From Deltaproteobacteria bacterium (GTDB lineage Bacteria > Desulfobacterota > Deferrimicrobia > Deferrimicrobiales > Deferrimicrobiaceae): a stretch of DNA of 50,824 nt. Below are positions 39,129 through 46,613 of this stretch, piece by piece. Numbering within the stretch: the first letter of the stretch is position 1; each line of letters opens with the position of its first letter. Both the position numbers and the translations under genes were made by a program. The stretch spans positions 1-50,824 of the forward strand of contig DAOUUI010000001.1 of the NCBI GenBank assembly GCA_030668225.1, written 5' to 3'. The notes beneath the pieces were generated by a model that was given only the letters and a program-made list of their open reading frames with translations, did not search any database and was not told the DNA's origin.

Positions 39129-40007
39129 TCATCTCCTGGCCAACTCCTTGAGAGCTATTTCCAAGAATTCCTCCCCTGTCACCTTGATCCCCGTCCAGAC
39201 GGCAAAGCTCAACGCCGCCTGGTAGGCAAGCATCGGCAAGCCATCCATGGCGGGGACGCCCCTCCTGCGTAAAGCCCTCACGAGGGAAGTCCCTCCTTTC
39301 TGGTAAACTATATCGACAAACCTTGTTTCTTTCTTTAACGCCTCCACGGGAAAAGAACGCCACTTCGATGTCAGGCCAAGCGAGGTGCACTGGACCACCA
39401 GGTCGGCTCCGGAAAATTTCCGGGCCATTTCCCGAGGATCCAGTTCCCCTGCGGAGACGGCGGTTCGGGGGAACTTCCGGGAGAGGAGTTCCGCGACGGC
39501 GTGCGCGCGCGCCGGTGTCCGGTTCAGGATCACCAGTTCGCGCGTTCCCGCGCGCGCCAGCTCATAGCCGATCCCGCGAGCCGACCCTCCCGCACCCAGC
39601 AGGACCACCCGGGGAAATCGCCTCCCCCAACCGGCCCCGGCGAGCGCCGCGAGGAGACCACGCCCGTCCGTGTTGTCGGCAAACAGGCGCCCCGACCGGA
39701 CACGAAGCACGTTCGCCGCCCCGGACACGCGGACCGCCTCCGACATCCCGTCCGCGACAGCGGCGGCCTCTTCCTTGTAGGGGATCGTGACGTTCCCTCC
39801 GAGAAAGTTCCCGCCCCGGATGACGCGAAAGAAATCGGGTAATTCCCCCGGGGAGAGATCGAACGCCTCGTAGCGGAGGGGAAGATTCCGGCTCGCGATC
39901 ACACCGTTGTGCATCGAGGGACTGAGCGAATGAGAAAGGGGATGGCCGACGATGAAGAGCAGCGATTCCGTGGTTCCGCAACCTCTTTCCCCGGAAGACC
40001 CCCTCAA
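39129..40007 (-). CDS. aroE: Shikimate dehydrogenase
   Basis: GHPLSHSLSPSMHN, GGNVTIPYKE, GAGGSARG. Start proposed at TTG 40007, which overlaps the HNH stop as TTGA and gives 292 aa. The track start at 40112 would overlap the HNH gene by more than 100 nt. Confidence 0.85.
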   Translation of the reverse strand: MRGSSGERGCGTTESLLFIVGHPLSHSLSPSMHNGVIASRNLPLRYEAFDLSPGELPDFFRVIRGGNFLGGNVTIPYKEEAAAVADGMSEAVRVSGAANVLRVRSGRLFADNTDGRGLLAALAGAGWGRRFPRVVLLGAGGSARGIGYELARAGTRELVILNRTPARAHAVAELLSRKFPRTAVSAGELDPREMARKFSGADLVVQCTSLGLTSKWRSFPVEALKKETRFVDIVYQKGGTSLVRALRRRGVPAMDGLPMLAYQAALSFAVWTGIKVTGEEFLEIALKELARR

Positions 40008-40600
40008 TTTTCGAGTTCGAGGTTCCAGTAGGTGAAGTCGACGATGGACAGGAAGGGAAGCCACTCCCGGTGGATGGAGGTCCGCGGGGAGAAAGCGAAA
40101 TGGTGGGCCCATTGGGGCCGTTTCGGCTTCCGGATCAGACGCATCCTCGCCTGTTCCGGAAGCTCCCCCCCCTTCTGCTTGTTGCAGGAGATGCAGCTGC
40201 AGACGATGTTATCCCACGTCGTGATGCCGCCCCGGGACCGGGGGATCACGTGGTCGAGGTTCAACTCGCTCGTCGGGAACGTTATCCCGCAATACTGGCA
40301 TGTGTTCCGGTCCCGCACGAAGATATTGCGGCGGCAGAACCGGACGTTGCGGCGGGGAACCCGGTCGTATGCGGTGAGAACCACCACCCGGGGGACCCGG
40401 ATCATCCTGCCCACGAGGCCGATGGCCTCCGCGTGGGTGTGGACGGAGAGTTCGCTCCACGACTGAAAATCGAACATCTCGTACTGGGAATTGATCGCCC
40501 TGGCCAAATCGGCGTAGAGCAGGCAGAAAGCGCGTCTGACGCTGGTGATATGAACGGGAAAGAAGGCCCTGTTAAGCACGAGCACACCAGAGTTAAGCAT
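40004..40600 (-). CDS. HNH endonuclease-domain protein
   Basis: 198 aa. CQYCG...LNLDHVIPRSRGG...WDNIVCSCISCNKQKG is a classic HNH with a Cys4 zinc site. Confidence 0.82.
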   Translation of the reverse strand: MLNSGVLVLNRAFFPVHITSVRRAFCLLYADLARAINSQYEMFDFQSWSELSVHTHAEAIGLVGRMIRVPRVVVLTAYDRVPRRNVRFCRRNIFVRDRNTCQYCGITFPTSELNLDHVIPRSRGGITTWDNIVCSCISCNKQKGGELPEQARMRLIRKPKRPQWAHHFAFSPRTSIHREWLPFLSIVDFTYWNLELEN

Positions 40601-40654
40601 CCGTCCCCCGGTTCACGTTTTCCAGAACCACTTTATCCACCCCTCCGCCCCGGG

Positions 40655-42151
40655 TCAATCATTTCCGGTGGTCCGGCTTCGCGCCGCGGTGACAACCGCA
40701 GCGGCAAGCCCCGGCAGTTCCTCGTCCCGGACCGTCCGCATGTCGAGGAGAAGTCTGCCTTTCGAGATTCTGCCTACGACGGGGGGCTTTCCCGACCGGA
40801 GCATCGCATCCAGTTCTTCAACGCGAACGCGCACGTGGGACAGGGCGACGCACGCCGTGGGGATCTCGATCTCCGGCATCGCTCCTCCCCCGGGGGAGGA
40901 GAAAGAGCGCTCCACCTGCATTTTCAAACCTCCGCCCTCCGGCCGGGCAATTCCCGAAGCAGGTCGGTGTTCCGCCGGGGAAGCGCCGTCACGGATCGCG
41001 GAGCGGGCCTGCTCCCGTCTCACCCTCGCAATCAGTTTCCTCGCCCGCGCCCTCGTGATCCCTTCCCCTTCGAGAATCATTCCCAGGACCGGGACGCACG
41101 CGGTCGCCCTTCTCTCGTCGGCATACAGCCGGAGGGTGGCGGCGAGTGCGGCGAGGCACAACTTGTCGAGCCGGAGCGCCCGGGAGAGGGGGTGGGTTTT
41201 CAGCGGCTCCACCAGGTCTTTCCGACCCGCTATGATTCCGGCCTGCGGCCCCCCGAGGAGCTTGTCGCCGCTTACGGTGACGATTCCCGGCCCCCGGCCC
41301 AAAGCCTGCTTTACGGTCGGCGTCCCGGGGATGCCTGCCGCCCCGAAATCGAATATGGCTCCGGAGCCCAGATCCTCCATCACGGGGATTCCGAGCTTCT
41401 CCCCGAGAACGACGAGGTCGGCCGTTTGTACCTCCTCCGTGAACCCCGTGACGTGGAAGTTGGACCGGTGGACCTTCAGAAGCAGCGCCGTGGAGGGGCC
41501 AGCGGCCCTCTCGTAGTCGGCTTGGCGGGTCCGGTTCGTTGTCCCCACCTCCACGAGGTTTGCCCCGCTGGCGGCCAGGATCTCCGGGATGCGAAAGGAT
41601 CCGCCGATCTCGACGAGTTCCCCCCGGCTCACGATCACGTCCCTTCCCTTAGCCAGGGCCGCAAGGCACAGGAACACCGCCGCCGCGTTATTGTTCACGA
41701 CGTGCACGGACTCCGCCCCCGTGAGTTCCAGGAGCGCCTCCTCGACGTGAGCCAATCTCCGCGAGCGGGTTCCTCCGGTCAGATCGAACTCCAGGTTGGA
41801 GTACCCCGAAGCCACATCTACGATAGCGCGGATCGCGTCCCCGGGTAGAGGGGCTCTGCCCAGGTTTGTGTGCACCACGATTCCCGTTGCGTTGATCACC
41901 TTTCGGAGGGAGCCCCCCTCATCTGCCGTGATCGCGTCGGGAAGGGCGGAGAGCAGGAGGGAAGTCCACTCCTCGCGCGAGCGCCCGCTCCCCTTCTCCC
42001 GCAGCGCCTCGCCACGGTAAACGTCCAGGAGTCTCCTCATGGCTCCCAGGACCACTGCGCGAGGATAGCGTGCGAGAAGGGAACGGATTTCGCCACGTGC
42101 CAGGAGGGACGTAATCGAGGGAATCTGGCGAAGACGGTCCGGTGCGGGCAT
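40655..42151 (-). CDS. selA: L-seryl-tRNA(Sec) selenium transferase
   Basis: 498 aa. LRQIPSITSLL N-terminus, INATGIVVHTNLGRAPL, SGDKLLGGPQAG (PLP lysine). Confidence 0.9.
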   Translation of the reverse strand: MPAPDRLRQIPSITSLLARGEIRSLLARYPRAVVLGAMRRLLDVYRGEALREKGSGRSREEWTSLLLSALPDAITADEGGSLRKVINATGIVVHTNLGRAPLPGDAIRAIVDVASGYSNLEFDLTGGTRSRRLAHVEEALLELTGAESVHVVNNNAAAVFLCLAALAKGRDVIVSRGELVEIGGSFRIPEILAASGANLVEVGTTNRTRQADYERAAGPSTALLLKVHRSNFHVTGFTEEVQTADLVVLGEKLGIPVMEDLGSGAIFDFGAAGIPGTPTVKQALGRGPGIVTVSGDKLLGGPQAGIIAGRKDLVEPLKTHPLSRALRLDKLCLAALAATLRLYADERRATACVPVLGMILEGEGITRARARKLIARVRREQARSAIRDGASPAEHRPASGIARPEGGGLKMQVERSFSSPGGGAMPEIEIPTACVALSHVRVRVEELDAMLRSGKPPVVGRISKGRLLLDMRTVRDEELPGLAAAVVTAARSRTTGND

Positions 42152-42160
42152 ACCGGGGGG

Positions 42161-42793
42161 TTACCCCTTGGCGAGTTCCTGGAGAAGGATCTTCTTCCCG
42201 TAGAAGGCGTTTTTCTGGACGAGGGATTCCGCCAGCACCCCGTCCTGCTTCCGGAATGCATCGATGATCTCCCAATGCTGCTGGATGGAACCCTCGATAC
42301 GCCCCGGCACCGCCAGGATCAGGCGGAACCTCTGGAACTGCATCACCAGGTTCTGGACAATGGTGTGGAGCTTCTCGTTTCCGCACGCCTTCACGAAGAT
42401 GTCGTGGAACTCGTTGTGGTGGGCGAGGACCTTCCGGACGTCTTTCTTGGCTACTGCAGCCTCTATCTGGTGGTTCAGCGATTCCATCTTCGCGATGTCC
42501 TTCTCGGTGAGATGCGGAACCGCAGCGCGGGCCGCGTATCCTTCGAGGATGGCTTTCAGATCGTAGAAGTCGGAGACATCCTTGGACGACAGGGAGGCAA
42601 CGATCGCCCCCTTCCGGGGGATGACGGTGATGAACCCCTCCGACTCCAGCTGCCGGAACGCTTCCCGGATCGGCGTACGGCTTATGCCGAACCTGCCTGC
42701 GAGGTCCGGCTCGGCAACCCGGCTGCCCGCGGGCAACTGCCCGTTTACGATCGCATTTCGGATCGTCTCGACAATTTTTTCCCGGAGTGTCAT
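42161..42793 (-). CDS. GntR-family transcriptional regulator (FadR/FCD subfamily)
   Basis: wHTH LAGRFGISRTPIREAFRQLESEGFI plus a helical FCD-like C-terminus. First ATG is at 42793 (MTLREKIVETI); the track start at 42826 is a TTG 11 codons upstream. Confidence 0.82.
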   Translation of the reverse strand: MTLREKIVETIRNAIVNGQLPAGSRVAEPDLAGRFGISRTPIREAFRQLESEGFITVIPRKGAIVASLSSKDVSDFYDLKAILEGYAARAAVPHLTEKDIAKMESLNHQIEAAVAKKDVRKVLAHHNEFHDIFVKACGNEKLHTIVQNLVMQFQRFRLILAVPGRIEGSIQQHWEIIDAFRKQDGVLAESLVQKNAFYGKKILLQELAKG

Positions 42794-42857
42794 ATGGTTA
42801 TCGATCTGAATTTTCAGTTTCGGCAAGGATCCTGTACCTCGTGGGATTGACGGATAA

Positions 42858-42872
42858 TGTATGCAGTATACA
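42858..42872. promoter_or_regulatory. Inverted repeat TGTAT-N5-ATACA in the divergent GntR/isomerase intergenic region (candidate GntR operator)
   Basis: TGTATGCAGTATACA, which contains the GT...AC core typical of GntR/FadR-type operators. Confidence 0.3.
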
Positions 42873-42995
42873 ACGATATGTCAAGGGATTTCCTTCCGGT
42901 CGGCCAGCCGGAAACCGGTCCGGTTGCGGGGATTACCCCGATACGATATCTTCTCACGGTTCCTTATACGTTGGATGCGGAGGTTCCCAAGCCGG

Positions 42996-43784
42996 ATGGT
43001 CAGGACGATCCACTCCACGGTCCCGTTCCCCATGCTGGAAAAGGAGGATACGGTCAGCCGACTCTCCCGGGCCGGGGTCGGGCCGGAAATCTACTTCTCC
43101 GGGAACACACTCGACCTGCTCAAACCGGAAACCGCGGAAAAGGTGGCGGAGTCGCTCCGGTCGGCAGGCATCGCCACCACCACGTTTCACGCCCCCTTCA
43201 ACGACATCAGTCCGGGAGCACGCGACGAGGAGGTCCGGCGCATAACCGTGCGGCGGCTGCGACAGGCCGTCTCCCTTGCCCCTCTGTTCCGCCCGCTCGG
43301 GATCGTGATGCACGGCGGGTACTCGAACTGGCTCTACGACTTCGAGTCGGAAGCCTGGCTGGAGGGGGCGAAAAGGACGTTTTCCGAAGTGGCGGAGACG
43401 GCGGAAAGTGCGGGCGTCGACATTTACCTTGAAAACGTCTTCGACGAGGTTCCGGACCATCTCCTTCGCCTTCGCGCGGCCGTCGGGTCGAAGCGGCTGG
43501 GATTCTGTTTCGACGCGGGACATGCCTTTCTCTTCTCCCGCCTCCCGGTCCAGAAATGGATCCATGCGTTCGGCCCGGACCTTCGGGAAATGCACATCCA
43601 TGACAACCGCGGTCTTCGGGACGACCATCTTCCGGTGGGAGAGGGTTCGATCAACTTCCGGGGGGTCCTGCTCGCCGCCGGGGACGCGGGAACAACACCC
43701 ATCCTCACCGTAGAACCGCATCGAGAGGATCATTTCTTCCGGTCCGTCGTCTCTCTGCGGGCCATTCTGGCGGATATCGCCTAG
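42996..43784 (+). CDS. Sugar phosphate isomerase/epimerase (xylose isomerase-like TIM barrel) family protein
   Basis: FHAPF, MHGG, YLENV, CFDAGHA and HIHDN form the ladder of metal/active-site strands typical of the AP_endonuc_2 fold. Start is ambiguous (42975, 42996 or 43032). Confidence 0.72.
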   Translation: MVRTIHSTVPFPMLEKEDTVSRLSRAGVGPEIYFSGNTLDLLKPETAEKVAESLRSAGIATTTFHAPFNDISPGARDEEVRRITVRRLRQAVSLAPLFRPLGIVMHGGYSNWLYDFESEAWLEGAKRTFSEVAETAESAGVDIYLENVFDEVPDHLLRLRAAVGSKRLGFCFDAGHAFLFSRLPVQKWIHAFGPDLREMHIHDNRGLRDDHLPVGEGSINFRGVLLAAGDAGTTPILTVEPHREDHFFRSVVSLRAILADIA

Positions 43785-43869
43785 CGGGGAACGATCCTTC
43801 CAGGGCAGACGCAAGCAGACGCGCGCCCCGTCTCCGGACGAGAGAGCCTTCGACCGGGGAAGAGCGGGG

Positions 43870-44226
43870 TCAGACGCTCTGTGCGAAGTAGGAAAGCGCC
43901 TCTTCTTCCGAATCGAATGCCCGGACGTACCGGGAGACACCGGTGATCCGGAGAAGCTCCTGGTTGATCCGGTTGAGCGAGCAGAACGCAAGCGTTCCCT
44001 GTCGTTCCGTCATCCGCTCCACGACCCCGATGATGGAGGAGATCCCGATGCTGTTGATGAGTCTGGTCCTCTCGAAGTTGAGGACGACCCTCGGCCGTTC
44101 GGCGTCCAGTACGTCATGAATCACCCGCTCCAATTCCTTCCCCGTGCGGCTGTTCAAGTATCCGTTGACGTACACGACAGATGTCCCCTCGCCCGCTTCC
44201 CTCGTTTTCACTGTCCAATCGCTCAC
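43870..44226 (-). CDS. STAS-domain anti-sigma-factor antagonist (SpoIIAA/RsbV-like)
   Basis: 118 aa. VVLNFERTRLINSIGISSIIGV has Ser59 (codon 44052..44050) at the canonical phospho-acceptor position. The ATG is 4 nt after the stop of the upstream kinase-fusion gene. Confidence 0.85.
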   Translation of the reverse strand: MSDWTVKTREAGEGTSVVYVNGYLNSRTGKELERVIHDVLDAERPRVVLNFERTRLINSIGISSIIGVVERMTERQGTLAFCSLNRINQELLRITGVSRYVRAFDSEEEALSYFAQSV

Positions 44227-44230
44227 GTCA

Positions 44231-46525
44231 TTATCCCTCGTCGTCTGGTGTTGTGCTTCCTTCGCCGGTCCCGTGCCGGAGATTCTTCACCATCCGTACC
44301 GTCGTCCCCTGCTCTCCCGTGGTGATATCCACATCGTCAACCAGCTCGCTGATCAGCTTGAGCCCCCATCCCCGGTTTCGTTTCGACTCGTCGCCGGCCG
44401 AAGACGGACGGAACCCCTTTCCCTCGTCCTGAACGAACAACTCGATCCGTTCGGGGGAGAGGATGTACCGGAGGCGGACTTTCCCCGCCTCCGACCCGCT
44501 GTGCTCGAACGCGTTGATACAGGCTTCGATGATCGCCATCTTGATCTGGTCCACCGTATCCTTGTCCACCGCCGCGTAGGCCGCCACCTCTTCCGCCACC
44601 CGCGCGGCCACGATCTCCGTGTCCGCCTTTATCGGCAGGACAAGCTCGAACTCCAGCGGCTTCTCGTCCGCCCGTGTCTCCGGCGGAGGCTTCTCTTCCT
44701 TCCCCTTCTCCAGTTCCTGCATCCCGAACAGGTTGAGAAAAAAGCGCATCTGCGTCCGGTGGGTCAAATAAATCCCGTACCGGTCCGAAAGCTCCACGAT
44801 CACGGGATCCGCGGCGCCATCGAAGAGAATCCATTTTCGGAGCTGATCCGGATTCAGGCCTTTGTCCAGGCTCAGCAGCCGGCATCGGTTCTCGAAATGT
44901 TCCACCGCGGCATGCTTAAGGGTCTTCTCCGTGTTTACATCCACGGCCCAGATGACCAGGTTCTCTTCGGAGAAGTCGCCGTCCTGGAATCCGTACGCGA
45001 CGAGGTCGAAATCGAACCGGCTCCCGCCGCGGAGGGTCCGGTATCCCGTCGATACCGAACTGATCTTGGGAAGTCGTACCTTCCCTGCATCCTCCTCCAG
45101 CCCGATCACGATTTCCAGGAGCCCTTTTTCGCGGAACCTCTCCTGAAATTTTCCGAAGTCGAACAGGAGAGCGGGCACCTCCCGGCAGTCCCACCGCCGC
45201 ATCATTTCCTTCGCCACCTCGGCGCTCTCCTCTTGCGCCTCCCGATCTCCCTCCACCAGGCTGCCGGAGATCTTCGCTTGCACGATGCTCGCCGCGACCT
45301 GCGACGTGTTCTTTCCCAGGACGCCGCGCTCAAAAGCCCAGAAAAGGAAATCGGAGAGGACCGGATCGCGGATGAACTCGATGTGCTCGAAGTCGGACTT
45401 GAGCAACCCCTTGAATTCAAGGGCCGAGAGGATCTCCCCCCCCTCCTCCGGCGTAGTCCCCAGCAGCGAGAACGCCCCCTCGAACGTGTCGATCGGGAAC
45501 TGGTCGAACATGACCCGCTTCAGGAACTTGATGGCGCGGGCCCGATTTACGCGGTCCGGAATGGCGTTTTCGAAAAATTCCCTCCAGTACCGGTTTAGCT
45601 TCCCTTCGGTAATGGAGAACGCGAACAGGTTCTCGAACGCCACCTCGTCCTCGATCTGGGCGTTCCGGAAGGACACCTCCTCGGCGAACATCCTCTGGTA
45701 GATGGGAACGTGGCCGAGCCGGGCCGCCGCACGGACCATCAGGTGCTCCGGCATCCGGATCTTCCTCCGCTCGAAGAGAGGGGCCCACGCCCTCACCGAG
45801 TCATCCGGGGAGAGCCCGCCGACCTCGAGCAGTTGGAACGAACCGTACAACCCCTCCCGCTTGAGGGACGACGTTACGTGCCCGGGGGAGGAGCCGGAGA
45901 CGATCATCGGGAAATGGCCGGACTTGATGTAGGGGCGGAGGATGGAAAAGATCGCCCCCTCGGGAATGTTCTGAAGTTTAATCGTATACTGGAAGTCGTC
46001 GAAGAGGAAAACGGGGTACAGCAGGTCCCCCCCCGTGGCGAACGGGAAGGAGAAGGCGTTCGCCAGGGCGGAAAGGCCGTCCCCTTTCTCCGAGTACCGA
46101 CGGTGGGCGGACAGGAAATCCCGGCATTCCGTGTGCCCGCGAGCGGTCAGACTCTCGCACAGGGCATCGAGGTCAAACGCCGCGGGGGGCGATTCCCCCA
46201 GGAAGGCAAGAAGTTGCCAGAGGTATTCCTGAAGGAAATGCTGGGAGAGGGCAAGCGGGTGGGACAGGATATTGCTGAACGAATAATAGAATGCGAAAGG
46301 GGACGGCGGCGCGGCGCTCTCCGGAAGCAACTTCAGCTCCGATTTGAGCTTCAGGAGGAGGGAGGATTTTCCGATGTTCGGCGGGCCGTAGAGGAGGACC
46401 GATGCCCCGATGCCGGATTTTCCTTCCAGGCATACCCGCAGAAGGGATGTCAGTTCCTCCTCGCGGCCGAAGAACTCCCCCGGGCGAAACGAAAACTCCG
46501 CCCCCTGGCTCCACAAGAGACGCAC
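44231..46525 (-). CDS. Multidomain protein: N-terminal AAA/Arch_ATPase-like P-loop NTPase, about 400 aa of unassigned region, and a C-terminal RsbW/SpoIIAB-type anti-sigma serine kinase (HATPase_c_2)
   Basis: FFGREEEL..LLYGPPNIGKSSLL (Walker A, 46364..46387), VFLFDDF (Walker B). C-terminal N-box EACINAFEH (44527..44501), DEGKGF, GWGLKL. Start set to GTG 46525 because the upstream in-frame extension to 46711 would overlap the divergent radical SAM gene. The exact start is uncertain. Confidence 0.75.
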   Translation of the reverse strand: MRLLWSQGAEFSFRPGEFFGREEELTSLLRVCLEGKSGIGASVLLYGPPNIGKSSLLLKLKSELKLLPESAAPPSPFAFYYSFSNILSHPLALSQHFLQEYLWQLLAFLGESPPAAFDLDALCESLTARGHTECRDFLSAHRRYSEKGDGLSALANAFSFPFATGGDLLYPVFLFDDFQYTIKLQNIPEGAIFSILRPYIKSGHFPMIVSGSSPGHVTSSLKREGLYGSFQLLEVGGLSPDDSVRAWAPLFERRKIRMPEHLMVRAAARLGHVPIYQRMFAEEVSFRNAQIEDEVAFENLFAFSITEGKLNRYWREFFENAIPDRVNRARAIKFLKRVMFDQFPIDTFEGAFSLLGTTPEEGGEILSALEFKGLLKSDFEHIEFIRDPVLSDFLFWAFERGVLGKNTSQVAASIVQAKISGSLVEGDREAQEESAEVAKEMMRRWDCREVPALLFDFGKFQERFREKGLLEIVIGLEEDAGKVRLPKISSVSTGYRTLRGGSRFDFDLVAYGFQDGDFSEENLVIWAVDVNTEKTLKHAAVEHFENRCRLLSLDKGLNPDQLRKWILFDGAADPVIVELSDRYGIYLTHRTQMRFFLNLFGMQELEKGKEEKPPPETRADEKPLEFELVLPIKADTEIVAARVAEEVAAYAAVDKDTVDQIKMAIIEACINAFEHSGSEAGKVRLRYILSPERIELFVQDEGKGFRPSSAGDESKRNRGWGLKLISELVDDVDITTGEQGTTVRMVKNLRHGTGEGSTTPDDEG

Positions 46526-46613
46526 TATAAAAATACCCGGAACAAGGTCTTCATCCGGACTAATGTAACTTGAACGGCTTGATTTTTCAAAAAAATAGTG
46601 GACACTCGCGGCA

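Noticed and set aside
40004-40600. HNH gene as a restriction or anti-phage defence element.
   Set aside because: It is a single gene with no methylase, ATPase or other defence partner, and it is embedded in an apparent housekeeping operon. It is kept only as a moderate-interest observation.
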